From positions 192,001 through 256,000 of the forward strand of contig JBOEGF010000018.1 in assembly GCA_050633305.1 (NCBI GenBank): a stretch of DNA of 64,000 bases. The letters run 5' to 3'. Positions 47,864 to 57,800 of this stretch are shown piece after piece. The notes beneath the pieces were generated by a model. The model was not told where the DNA came from. It made no database searches and saw nothing but the letters and a program-made list of their open reading frames with translations. Each line of letters starts with the position of its first letter. Positions within the stretch are counted from its first letter, which is position 1. The stretch comes from Nannocystales bacterium (GTDB lineage Bacteria; Myxococcota_A; Polyangia; Nannocystales; Nannocystaceae). The translations under genes were made by a program, and so were the position numbers.

Positions 47864-49138
47864 TCAGACGGAGAGGAACAGAAGGTTGGGGTTCTCGAGC
47901 TGGCGCTTGACCTCTTGCATGAAGCTGGCGCCCTCGAAGCCGTCGACGACGCGGTGGTCGAACGAGGCGGAGAGGTTCATGAGGTGGGCAGCGACGACGT
48001 TGTCGTTCTCGTCGAAGACTGGAGTCTTGCGGATCGCGTGCACGCCCAGGATCCCGACCTCGGGGTGGTTGAGGATCGGGGTCGCCAGCACGCCACCGAT
48101 GGCGCCGAGGCTGGAGACGGTGAAGGTCGAGCCGGTGAGCTCGTTGCGGGAGGCCGTGCCTTCCCGAGCTGCGTCGGAGACCCGGGTGATCTCGGCGGCG
48201 ACCTCGAGGATGCTCATCCGATCGGCGTCGTGGAGGACCGGGACCATCAAGCCCTGCTCGGTCGTCGCGGCGATGCCGATGTTGTACTGCTTGCGCTTGA
48301 CGATGTTGCCCCCGGCCTCGTCGAGGAACGCGTTGACGATCGGGTACTTCTTGAGCGCTGCGATGACCGCCTTGACGATGAACGGCAGGTAGGTGAGCTG
48401 CACGCCCTCGGCTTTGGCGACCGGCTTGGCATCCTTGCGGGCCTTGACCAGTTTCGTGACGTCGATCTGCTCGACGTAGGTGTAGTGGACCGCGGTCGTG
48501 TACGACTTGACCATGCCCTCTGCGATGCGGCGACGCATGCCGCGGAAAGGCACGAGTTCGTCAGCGTCGGAGACCACAGCGGGAGCAGTGGGCGCTGCTG
48601 GACGGGCGTTGGGCGGTGTCGGTGCCGCGGCGGCAGGGACGGCTGGAGCTGCGACCGGAGCCGGAGTCGCGCGAGCCTGAGCGACGTGGGCCTTGGTGAT
48701 GCGGCCGCGGTCGCCAGGGACCGTGGCGAGGTCGATCCCCGCTTCGCGGGCCATGGCTCGCGCGGCGGGAGTGGCCAGGACTTTCCCTCCGGTTGGGGCT
48801 GGAGCCGGAGCTGCGACTGGGGCCGAAACCGGAGCGGCCACGGGAGCCGGGGCCGCGGGTGCTGGCGCAGCTGCCGCGGCCGACGGCTTTGGAGCTGCGG
48901 CCCCGTCGGAGGCCAGCATCGCGATCACCTGACCGACGGCCGCGATCTCGCCTTCGGGCGCTTTGTGCTCTTGAACGACGGCATCTTGCGGCGAGGGAAT
49001 CTCGACGGTTGCCTTGTCGGTCATGATCTCGACAAGGGGCTCGTTGGCCATGACGTTGTCGCCGGGCTGTTTCAGCCAGCGCACGATTTCACCTTCGACG
49101 ACGCCTTCACCGATGGCGGGGAGCTTGAACTCGATCAT
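47864..49138 (-). CDS. Dihydrolipoamide acyltransferase (E2) of a 2-oxoacid dehydrogenase complex
   Basis: Single lipoyl domain (TDKATVEIPSP), Ala/Pro linker, PSBD (ATPAARAMAREAGIDL), catalytic DHRVVDG. Confidence 0.96.
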   Translation of the reverse strand: MIEFKLPAIGEGVVEGEIVRWLKQPGDNVMANEPLVEIMTDKATVEIPSPQDAVVQEHKAPEGEIAAVGQVIAMLASDGAAAPKPSAAAAAPAPAAPAPVAAPVSAPVAAPAPAPTGGKVLATPAARAMAREAGIDLATVPGDRGRITKAHVAQARATPAPVAAPAVPAAAAPTPPNARPAAPTAPAVVSDADELVPFRGMRRRIAEGMVKSYTTAVHYTYVEQIDVTKLVKARKDAKPVAKAEGVQLTYLPFIVKAVIAALKKYPIVNAFLDEAGGNIVKRKQYNIGIAATTEQGLMVPVLHDADRMSILEVAAEITRVSDAAREGTASRNELTGSTFTVSSLGAIGGVLATPILNHPEVGILGVHAIRKTPVFDENDNVVAAHLMNLSASFDHRVVDGFEGASFMQEVKRQLENPNLLFLSV

Positions 49139-49194
49139 TGCAGGGTCCTTGGAGATTGGAGAAATTCGAGAGGGCGCGACAGAATCGCGGACGC

Positions 49195-50148
49195 TTAGAA
49201 CGTCGCGACGTGGGTGATGGCGGTGCTGAGGGTCTCGAGGTCGGGCAGGGCCCGGGCCTCGGCAGATGCGGTCAGAGGACCGTCATCGCCGGTGACGCGA
49301 AGCACGGGGGCGTCGAGGGTGAGGATGGCGTGGTCGGCAAACAGAGCCGCGAGTTCGGAGCCCACACCGCAGTGCCGCGGACCTTCGTGCGCGATGACGA
49401 TCTTGCCCGTGGCCTTCGCCTCGGCGGTGAGAGCATCGCGGTCCAGCGGTGCGAGGCACTCCACGTCGATGATGCGGGCATCTTGACCCGACCGGTCGAC
49501 GGCCGCTTGCACGAGGGGAAGGCATGCGCCCCAGGTGAAGACCGTCGCAGCTTCGCCGTCGCGGACTCGCCGCGGACTGGCGAACGGTCGGGCGAGTGCA
49601 TCGACGCACTCTCCGGCAGGAGCCAGCGCCAAGCTTCTGGGGATGAGCAACACAGTCGGCTCGTCCCCGGCCCAACCTTCGACAGCTGCACGAAGGGTTG
49701 CGCCGGACTCGGAAGCTTCGCCAAGAACCACCACGCGGAGGCCGGGCACTCGCGAGAGGATCGATGCGGGTCCTTCCGTGCCTCCACCACCGAGGCCGAA
49801 CCCAGGGCCGAACGGCGCGAGGAACACCACGGGCGCGGGAATCTCGTGACGCCAGCCGAGCTTGGCGGACTCTCGCAGTGCGGCGAGGCTGTCCACGAGC
49901 GACGACGCCTCCGGGCAGATGACGATCGGACGGAGCCCCTCGGCTGCCATCCCTGCCGCGTGGGCGGGGAGCACGGTGGGGCACAGCGGGGTTGCGAGCA
50001 GGCGGGGAGCCAGCTCGGGGTCGTCGGCCGCGACACGGGTGAGGCCGAGCATGGTGCCGTCGACCACGTCCTCGCCGAGGACGACACGACGCTCGTCGGC
50101 ACGAAGCAGGTCTGCGAGCACGGTGGCGAGATGTTGCAAGACGTTCAT
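49195..50148 (-). CDS. 2-oxoacid dehydrogenase E1 beta-like subunit, catalytic residues degenerate
   Basis: VVLGEDV, GLRP, PGLRVV, TWGA, PLD and TGKIVIAHEGP...GSELAA...LDAPVLRVTG are recognisable; TPLSE reads TPLCP and HSQ reads GTE; ATGA overlap with E1 alpha. Confidence 0.88.
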   Translation of the reverse strand: MNVLQHLATVLADLLRADERRVVLGEDVVDGTMLGLTRVAADDPELAPRLLATPLCPTVLPAHAAGMAAEGLRPIVICPEASSLVDSLAALRESAKLGWRHEIPAPVVFLAPFGPGFGLGGGGTEGPASILSRVPGLRVVVLGEASESGATLRAAVEGWAGDEPTVLLIPRSLALAPAGECVDALARPFASPRRVRDGEAATVFTWGACLPLVQAAVDRSGQDARIIDVECLAPLDRDALTAEAKATGKIVIAHEGPRHCGVGSELAALFADHAILTLDAPVLRVTGDDGPLTASAEARALPDLETLSTAITHVATF

Positions 50149-51056
50149 GCGGGCTCCGTGACAGATTCGATGGCGCGGTCGAGGCTTCCGCGAACTTCCG
50201 CTTCGATCACGTCTTGAAGCGTTTGAGTCCAGGCGCCGGTTTGGTCCAAGTGCCGTCGGAGTCGCTCGACCGGGTCGCGATGCGCTGGGGGGTCGCGGTG
50301 CATTTGGGTGACCACGACCTCGACCAAGCTCGCGCCGCGTCCTTGGCGAGCGCGGTCGGCAGCCGCCTCGATGGCGGCGTGGGTTCCGAGCGCATCTGCG
50401 CCGTCCACCCGGCGGACCCAAAGACCTGCGGCCTTGGCACGGTCCGCCACTGCGTCGCCCACGGCTCCAGCCTCCGCGGGCGCGCCGTCGGGCCACAGTT
50501 GGCTGCGGCAAACCATCACCAACGGCAGCGCGAGCGAGGACGCGAGCATTGTCGACTCGTGAAACGCTCCGGTTGTGGTCAGGCCTTCGCCGAACAAGCC
50601 GAACGTGACCCCGCGCTTGTCGGCCAGCTTCTGTGCGTGGGCACGGCCTGTCGCGAGCGCGAGGTGCATACCCAGCGCGTCGGTTGGGGGCGCGATGCGA
50701 TGGCTTGCCGAAGCGATGCGTCCGGGCCCCAACTCGTCGGAGCTGAAGAGTCCGGCGACGATGGCTTCGAGCTCGAGGCCTCGCCCCAAGGCCACCGCGG
50801 CGTCGCGGAAGCCGGGATAGATCCAGTCCTGCTCCTCGCTGACCAACGCGGTGGAGATCAACGCGGCTTCTTCGCCCGCGGCAGATGCCCACATCGGCAG
50901 ACCAGCGCGGCTGAGTTTTAGGTCGAGGCAGCGGGCGGCGACCAACAGCTTATAGAGCTGCTTCGTGTCGACGCTTCCGGGGCGTGTGCCCACCAGCTGA
51001 CCGTTGGGGTCGAGAACGACCGTGACGCCTTCGGGATCCCAGGGTGTCGGCTCCAT
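50145..51056 (-). CDS. 2-oxoacid dehydrogenase E1 alpha-like subunit, ThDP-binding motif degenerate
   Basis: GEEAA, DWIYPGFRD, FGEG...GAFHE, RVDGAD, RARQGRGASLVE and DPVERLRRHL are recognisable; GDG...NN reads GEG...RS; the YR..HS loop is absent. Start ATG 51056. Confidence 0.88.
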   Translation of the reverse strand: MEPTPWDPEGVTVVLDPNGQLVGTRPGSVDTKQLYKLLVAARCLDLKLSRAGLPMWASAAGEEAALISTALVSEEQDWIYPGFRDAAVALGRGLELEAIVAGLFSSDELGPGRIASASHRIAPPTDALGMHLALATGRAHAQKLADKRGVTFGLFGEGLTTTGAFHESTMLASSLALPLVMVCRSQLWPDGAPAEAGAVGDAVADRAKAAGLWVRRVDGADALGTHAAIEAAADRARQGRGASLVEVVVTQMHRDPPAHRDPVERLRRHLDQTGAWTQTLQDVIEAEVRGSLDRAIESVTEPA

Positions 51057-51119
51057 TGCAGGGGGGCGCCGCTCGGCAGTGGACCGCCAGAAAGGCAGGA
51101 CCAACCGTGACGCGAAAGC

Positions 51120-51149
51120 GTTGTATCTACGGCCGGCCTGGAGCGTCAA
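51120..51149 (-). promoter_or_regulatory. Putative sigma70-type promoter of the E1a-E1b-E2-E3 operon
   Basis: Minus strand TTGACG-N18-TACAAC, with the -10 about 63 nt upstream of the E1 alpha ATG. Confidence 0.5.
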
Positions 51150-51348
51150 GGCGCCACATGGGAGGCCCTGCAAGGGCGACCAGCGGAACCTCGACTGCGT
51201 TCCGATGATCCAAGCGTTGGCTCACGCTGTTCCGCCCACGCCGCGCGGGCCTGATCGCTCGCGTTTTACGTCGGGGCGCCGGCTTCGGCGCGCGGGACGA
51301 ATTGCGGACGCGCAGTCGCGTTCACGGTTCGGGCGTTCCCGGGATGCC

Positions 51349-52434
51349 TCACTGCGTGGGCTCTTGCTTGCGGACGCAGACCGCCATGTCGAGCGTCTCA
51401 CTCTTGATCGCCGTCCGGGCGGTTCCTGCCCTCCCGTGGACGACGAACGCGACGTCTTCCGCTTTGAGCGCTCGCGTTCGGGACCAGATCGCACCGTCTG
51501 GAAGGACCCGAGCTTTCGCGAGAACGTTGAGTTGCTTGGAACTGGGGGTTGTCCATCCTCGGACGCCGGCGTGTGTTCGTCCACGGCAAAGGTTCATCGC
51601 CGAGTACCAGTCGCGCGCGCGCTCGCTTGCAGCGTAGACCAGGTAGCCGCTGGCCGAGGTCACACGTTCGTGTCTGAGCGCCGCCGCGTCTTCCGAAGAC
51701 GGCGCGGATTGGGGAGGAGGCGGGGGCGGAGGCGGAGGCAACCGCGTGGGTTGGATGACCGGCGGGGCTTTGGGCGCGTCCGGGGCATCTGCGACGACGG
51801 CGGGCGCGGGGGCAGGTTCACTGAGCTCGGGCACGGGCGCAGGTGCCTCCTCGGATGGCCGGAACGCGAGCATGCCAAGTGCGGTGGTCATCGCTCCGAC
51901 AAGGGGCCAGATGAGCAACTGGGGTCGGAACGCCCGTGGTGAGCGCGCCGGGGCTGGCGTTGGGACCGGAGCCGGGGTCGTGGAGATGTCGACGACGTTT
52001 TCCTCGGCGCGTTCGAGCGGGTGGACGATTGGCGCCTCGATCGTCTCTTCGCACCGCAACGTTTTCATGCGGGCGCAAACCTGCCGGAACAGCGGCTGGG
52101 CACATCCCGCTCGTGTGCGGTCAACCCATGCGTGCTCGCGGTCGACCTCGCGGGCCAGCCGCGAGCGCAATACGGGGGTGTCGAGTTCGTCGGCGGCCGC
52201 GACCAGGAGCAGCGGCGGGCCCTCGCCCTGTAGTGCCTCTGCACAGGCCTGTGGCGAGGCCGGCACCAGACGAGTCTGATGGCCTTGCTCCCGGAGTAAG
52301 CGTGCCAAGCGGGTGGCGTCGAGTTGAGTAGGACGGCTGTAGATCAGCGCAACCTCGTGCTCCTGCGCGGGGTCGACCACCACCGAGGGGGCGGCGGGAA
52401 TGTTCGACGCGGCATGCACGGGCTTCTGCGACAT
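51349..52434 (-). CDS. Bitopic membrane protein: cytoplasmic alpha/beta (TIR/receiver-like) domain, TM, Pro-rich linker, DUF1566/Lcl-C-like domain
   Basis: EVALIYSRPTQLDATRLARLLREQG; TM LLIWPLVGAMTTALGMLAF; poly-Pro linker; DWYSAMNLCRGRTHAGVRGWTTPSSKQL...IWS...AVCVR. Confidence 0.65.
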   Translation of the reverse strand: MSQKPVHAASNIPAAPSVVVDPAQEHEVALIYSRPTQLDATRLARLLREQGHQTRLVPASPQACAEALQGEGPPLLLVAAADELDTPVLRSRLAREVDREHAWVDRTRAGCAQPLFRQVCARMKTLRCEETIEAPIVHPLERAEENVVDISTTPAPVPTPAPARSPRAFRPQLLIWPLVGAMTTALGMLAFRPSEEAPAPVPELSEPAPAPAVVADAPDAPKAPPVIQPTRLPPPPPPPPPQSAPSSEDAAALRHERVTSASGYLVYAASERARDWYSAMNLCRGRTHAGVRGWTTPSSKQLNVLAKARVLPDGAIWSRTRALKAEDVAFVVHGRAGTARTAIKSETLDMAVCVRKQEPTQ

Positions 52435-52579
52435 CGTCCGAGTCCGGTGACGCTTGAGCGGGATGGGGGCGGACGTGCGGCCCAATAGGGGCTTGGCCCG
52501 AACGGGCTGACCCGTTGTGACCTGGGTGTCCCGCGGTCTGATGGTTGCCCCCGCGGTCAGCTGCTAGGCTGGTCCTGAG

Positions 52580-53332
52580 ATGCTGACCGTCGCATCACTG
52601 CTTGCCGCGATGACCATCGCAGGCGCATTCTGGGTGGGTGTTCTCGCGGCCCGACGCCTGCGCGACTGGGGAGAAGGGCGACGCGCGCTCGAGGAGGGAC
52701 ATGGACCACCCATGGCCCTTGCCGCCGCGGCCGGCGCTCCCCCGGACGACCCCTCCAGTCGTCGTGTTCGACAACTGGTTGCCGAACGCCTCGCCAACCC
52801 CCGCCGGAGGGCTGGCGCGGTCGCGCCCCGGCAGCTGGCCTCTTCTGATCCTGCCGCCCGGAGCGAGCTCGGTCTGAGCTCACTGCGACAAGGCGATGTT
52901 GTCGTTGTCGAGGCGGCGGACGGCGGGGCGGACGGCGACTACTTGACCGAAGGTGTGGTCCTGCTGCGAGAAGGCAACCACACCACCACCGTCGTCAACA
53001 TGGCGGATGGTTCTCGCCGACGGTGGCTCGTGGGGGGGTCTCATCTCGACGAGTGGTTCGTGCTCGAGCCGATCGCAGCCCATGGCCTCAGCGGTGAACC
53101 GCCACGCAACATCCGTCGCGACCGTGGCGACTACACGCTGCAACGTCGTGGGCAGGCGAGCGCGGCATGCACTGGACGGCACGAACGCCCCGAGCAACCC
53201 CGGGTGGCGAGCTACGTTTATGGGGGGTCGTCGCGCAACGTGCTGTGGCTGGAGCGCTGGGGGCACGAAGTGCTGATGGCCGAGGGCATCCGTCTCGAGG
53301 CCGAGTCCGTCTCGTTCCTCCCGGGAAGCTGA
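52580..53332 (+). CDS. DUF4178-like domain protein with N-terminal TM
   Basis: N-terminal TM; LRQGDVV...DYLTEG...LREG...RRWL...YTLQRRGQA...YVY...LWLERWG...G pattern. Confidence 0.65.
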   Translation: MLTVASLLAAMTIAGAFWVGVLAARRLRDWGEGRRALEEGHGPPMALAAAAGAPPDDPSSRRVRQLVAERLANPRRRAGAVAPRQLASSDPAARSELGLSSLRQGDVVVVEAADGGADGDYLTEGVVLLREGNHTTTVVNMADGSRRRWLVGGSHLDEWFVLEPIAAHGLSGEPPRNIRRDRGDYTLQRRGQASAACTGRHERPEQPRVASYVYGGSSRNVLWLERWGHEVLMAEGIRLEAESVSFLPGS

Positions 53333-53336
53333 CCCG

Positions 53337-53549
53337 ATGGACCTCGATCTGGCGACGGCGCTGACCTGGCTGCTCCCATCCCTGCCGTTCGGGCTGGCGG
53401 GCTACGCCATCGTTTCCGGCAGGATTCCTGTTCGTCGCTGGATGTCGCCGGATGGGCAGCTGCGTAGGAACGCGCACCCGGTGAAGTACTGGATGTATGT
53501 CGCGATGCTGCTCCTGATCGGCGGCGTGTGGCTGTCGGCGGCCGGCTGA
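53337..53549 (+). CDS. Small hypothetical membrane protein
   Basis: 70 aa, two hydrophobic segments, RRNAHPVKYW; 4 nt after the upstream stop. Confidence 0.6.
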   Translation: MDLDLATALTWLLPSLPFGLAGYAIVSGRIPVRRWMSPDGQLRRNAHPVKYWMYVAMLLLIGGVWLSAAG

Positions 53550-53595
53550 ACTCGTCGCTCCCGCCGAACGATGAGCCTGGGGCTGCTCTCGCGAA

Positions 53596-54423
53596 CTAGT
53601 CGCGCCGGCTCCGCAAGTCCGCACGCCGCTTCTGACCTCTGCGCCGGAACAGACTCCCGAGTGTGCTCGCGGATTCCGGGAACACGTCGACGAGCCGAGC
53701 CATCCATCCGCGGTGCCGGGGAAGAAACACCTCGAGCGGACGAGCGAGCATGGCTTCGAGCACCGCTGCCGCCACTTCGTCGGGGCTGAGTTCGCGAGAA
53801 CCGCTGAAGACCATGTCCGCTTGCTCGAAGGATTCTTGGCGGTCGAGCATCGGCGTTCGGACGGCGTCGGGGCAGACCACGGTGACCGCGACCCCCTTGC
53901 GGCGCAGTTCGCTGGAGGCGGCGAGGGAGAAACCACGCACGGCGTACTTGGTCGCGGAGTAGACCGCGATGCCCTCGACGGGCGCGAGGGCGGCCAAGGA
54001 GGCGACGTTGATGACATGCCCGCGCCGTCGCTCGACGAAGCCGGGCGTCACCGCTCGCATGCCCCGGATGACGCCCATCAGGTTCACGGCGACTTGCTGC
54101 TCCGCGTGTTCGAGGTCGAGGTCGTGGACCCAAGCGGGATGGATGACGCCCGCGACGTTGACGAGCGTGTCGAGCCCGCCCATCGCACCGACGGCGGCGT
54201 TCTCCGCGGCCGCCCATCGGGAGTCGTCGCGGACGTCGAGGGCGGCGGTGTGGATTCTGTCATCCGGCCATCCGCGATCCTGCGCCACTGCACGTAGGGC
54301 TTCCCCATCCGCATCCGTTGCGAAAACCGAGGCGCCGGCTGCGGCCAAGCGATCTGTGAGAGCGAGCCCGATCCCGCTCGCAGACCCGGTGACCAGGACT
54401 TTGAACGCACGGTGCGTACCCAT
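53596..54423 (-). CDS. Short-chain dehydrogenase/reductase (classical SDR)
   Basis: TGSASGIG, LDV, NVAG, NVASLA, YSATK (YxxxK) and VCPDAVRT motifs. Confidence 0.95.
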   Translation of the reverse strand: MGTHRAFKVLVTGSASGIGLALTDRLAAAGASVFATDADGEALRAVAQDRGWPDDRIHTAALDVRDDSRWAAAENAAVGAMGGLDTLVNVAGVIHPAWVHDLDLEHAEQQVAVNLMGVIRGMRAVTPGFVERRRGHVINVASLAALAPVEGIAVYSATKYAVRGFSLAASSELRRKGVAVTVVCPDAVRTPMLDRQESFEQADMVFSGSRELSPDEVAAAVLEAMLARPLEVFLPRHRGWMARLVDVFPESASTLGSLFRRRGQKRRADLRSRRD

Positions 54424-54480
54424 AGGAGTACGCTACCGCGTTTTGACCGCATCTGCGTGGCGTGCAACCATCAGCGCCAC

Positions 54481-54789
54481 ATGGACACGGTCAAGGGGCT
54501 GTTCGGCTACGTCGTGCTCGGGGTCTGCTTGTTGCTGGCCTACCAGGGCTATCAGAACACCTCAGACCCGGAGGGTACGGAGTCGCTCGCCAAGTCCGTG
54601 GCGTGCGATGTCGACTCGCGATGCGTCCTCAAAGGAGAGCGACCGCGGGAGATTCGCTCGGACGTGTTGGGCCGTTACTACGACTGGAAGACGACCGTGG
54701 GTCCAGTCGAGGTCACGTGCCGCCGTGAGCTGTGGTTCTTCGGCGAGTGGACCTGCTCGTCGGCCAAGCCCGAGCCGGCTTCGCTGTGA
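54481..54789 (+). CDS. Small exported/membrane-anchored Cys-containing hypothetical protein
   Basis: MDTVKGLFGYVVLGVCLLLAY anchor; four further Cys; CRRELWFFGEWTC. Confidence 0.6.
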   Translation: MDTVKGLFGYVVLGVCLLLAYQGYQNTSDPEGTESLAKSVACDVDSRCVLKGERPREIRSDVLGRYYDWKTTVGPVEVTCRRELWFFGEWTCSSAKPEPASL

Positions 54790-54797
54790 GCCGAAGG

Positions 54798-54826
54798 CTC
54801 GGCCGGCCCAGTGGGGACCGGCCGAG
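54798..54826. terminator. GC hairpin between convergent genes
   Basis: CTCGGCCGG-cccagtgggga-CCGGCCGAG, 9-bp stem, no U-tract. Confidence 0.4.
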
Positions 54827-54833
54827 ACCGACT

Positions 54834-57800
54834 CTAGGGGAGGTCGGCCGGCTCTCGAGCTTCGGGGGTTGGAGGCAGATCGTTGCAGGCCTCCTTAGTC
54901 CAACATCGCGACTGAAGCGGGTCGGTGTTGGGCTCGAGCATGAACGTGCCGAGCATGTGGAACATCGCCCACCCGACGTCGTAGCTCTCGCCGACCACAG
55001 CGTTGGCCGAGCAGGAGTCTTCGACGTCTGGGTCGCACAGCTCGAGCGCCCAGTCGCTCATCTGACCCGGAAGAGCGAAGCCGTGTTGTCCCTGCGGGAT
55101 GGCGTAGGGGAAGACCGCGCCAGAGTAGCCTCTCGTGTCGTTGCCGAACGAATCTTGGGTGCTGACCAAGTGCAGCGGTTCTTCGAGGCGCGGAATGTTG
55201 TCGCCCCAGATGTCATCGCCTTCACTGAAGGACTCGACATCCATGTGGACGCCGAGCGATCCGTCGAGTCCGAGCAGCGACCGGTCTTCGTCGCTCTCGG
55301 GGGGGTTGGTGTACTCGTAGCGACGGAAGATGTTGATCGCCTCCGCGCTATGGGTGTCGAGCAGGACCTGGTTGGGCGGGACGCCCCACCGAGGGTCGGG
55401 ATCGAGGTAGTTCACCGCGCCTGCCGCTCGGGCGACGGTGACCCCGGAGTGTGCGGGGACGCTCATGTCACCGGTGGTGGTGACGATGAGGTAGCGGGCA
55501 CCCGTTTCATCCCCGGTTCCCGGGTAGACGAGCGAGTCGCGGGAAAGGTATCGGCTGACCACGCCGGGGTCGGTCGGGTCGAGGACCATCTGGCCCAAGT
55601 CCATGAATCGACGCAGGGCCGGACGGTTACGCTCGAGTCCGAGTCCTTCGGCGAGTGCGATCAGGTCGCCGCCGGGGACGGGAATGCCCTCGATGGTGTA
55701 CGGGGTGCCGTCCTCGTGGATGGGCGTCTCCATCTGGTCGATGACCAACAGAGGCTCACCCGGGTCTTCGATCAACTCGCACTCCTCGCTGCCGGTCTCG
55801 AGTACGGGTCCTCGGTACAGCGCAATCTCGACGCCGTCGCCAAGGTCGCTGGGGAGGGAGATGCGAGCCCGCCCTGCGACGCCGTTGTCGTCCGCGTCGG
55901 GCAGGATGTACGCACACGCGACCTCCTCGTTGACCATGTTGGTGACGACCATCGTGTCACCAGGCTGCAGGCCGGGATCGGAACCCGGTCGACCCTCGGC
56001 GTCGACAGCTGAGGGCGGGACGAGGCGGCGGATCGGGATGTCGGTGAGGCTGTTGAGCTCGGTGAACTGGGTGAAGATGTCGGCCGAGCCATCATCCGCA
56101 ACGGTGATCTGATACGTGGGCCCGATGACACGCATCATCACGGCTTGAGGGACGCCGCCCTGCATCGAGCGGGCGCCCACGTCCGCCAGGCGAGCGCCAC
56201 CGGCGATGGGCACGATGGCTTCGATCTCGGGCTCCACGGCACCGAGCGTTGTCGCCATGATGCCCCCAAGAGAGGCGCCTAACATGTAGATCGGAGACTC
56301 GCTGCCGATGTCGACGAAGCCGTCTCCGTCGAAGTCGCCGGCGAGGTCGTCTTCCACGCCGTTGCCATTGACGTCCCAAGCCCATGTCTTGGTGCCGTCC
56401 CACGTCCGTACCGTGCGGATGAGCTGCATGTAGTCCAAGGACGACTGCCGCATCATGTCGCGGGTGTGGAAGAGATACGAGGTCCAGAAATCGACCCCGC
56501 TGTCGACGACGCCGTCGCGGTCGAGGTCTTGGAAGCGGCGCATCGTGCCGTCGGGCTCTTCGACGAACCCACCACGCACGAACTCGAGGGCTTCAGCGCT
56601 GGGGCCAAGGCCCGCGGTGTCGAGGAAACCGCGGAGCAGGTCACCCTCGTCCGGGTTGAGCCCCAGGCCGTGGCTGACGTTGTCGGTCGAGATCGTGGCC
56701 ATGCCGAACATCGACAAGAAGCCCGAGAACCCGATCATTTCGCCGACGCGGTTGCTGCCGTAGCCGTGGCCGAGCAGGACGATGGGCGCCATCTTGCCTT
56801 CGCCACGCGCTGAGACCTCTTTGCGGGGCAGCACCGCCCAGAACGGAACCTCCTCGGCACGCGCTCCCACCGGGGTGCGGTCCAGGTCGTGTGGCCAGGA
56901 CTGAAGGTCGAGGTTGAGCGGCTTGCCGTCTTCGTCGAACCGGTCGAACAACTGCGGCGACTGGTACGTGCCCATCGCGTGGAAGTCGACGTAGGAGTGA
57001 CCGTCGAGCATCGCCGTCGCCTGTTGCGACCCCAGCTCCAGGTCGAGCAGCGCGGTGCCGGCGAGCGTCAGAACACCAACCCAATCCTCGTGATGCATCA
57101 CGTAGGGGGTGCGTCCCTCGAAGCGGGTGCCGGGCTCGGTTTCCTTGAGCTTGAACAGCTGAGCGAGTTCGGGAGCGAACTCGTCCGCGATGTGGGACTG
57201 GACGCCGTGGCCATAGAGGCCGTCTCGAACCGCAACCCAGTCGTCGGCGGCCGACATCGTCGTGTAGGGAAACGCGAACGCGATGTCGGACTCGCTGAGC
57301 CCCTCGGGTAGCACCTCGAGCAAGGGCTCGAGAGCTTGGGTTTGCCCCGCGTGGTTGACGTAGTTGAAGGGCGAGCCGACGGGCTCTCCGTTTTCGTCGC
57401 GGACTCGCCGGGTCACGACCATCGCGTACGTGGTCTGCTCGCGCAGCGGCATCATGGGCTTGGCGATGACGGTGTTCGTCTCGCGCTCGTAGAAGCTCAT
57501 GAGGGCATCCGCGCGGCCGGCTAGGTCGTCGGCGGTGGGGTTGCGACCGGGCAGATAGTTCGGTTTGTCGAGAATGCCGTCTGCGTCGGTGTCCTCGGGA
57601 AGGTCGAGCACGCCGTTGCCGTTGATGTCTTCGCCCGCATCGAGCACGCCGTTGTGGTTGGCGTCCTCGCCGGGGTCGAGTTTGCCGTTGCCGTTGAGAT
57701 CCTCGTCGGTCTCCTCGAACATCAGCGACAAAGAACCGGCGCGGGGATCGTTCGTCCCGTACCGGTCGTTGCGTTCCAGCGTGACCGGGTAGTTGCCGTT

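Noticed and set aside
49195..51056. Calling E1 alpha/beta ordinary pseudogenes
   Set aside because: No frameshift or internal stop, ATGA coupling is retained and structural motifs are conserved; losses concentrate on cofactor and catalytic residues. Also, the 565-aa track ORF (49195-50892) is over-extended; the E1 beta start is 50148.
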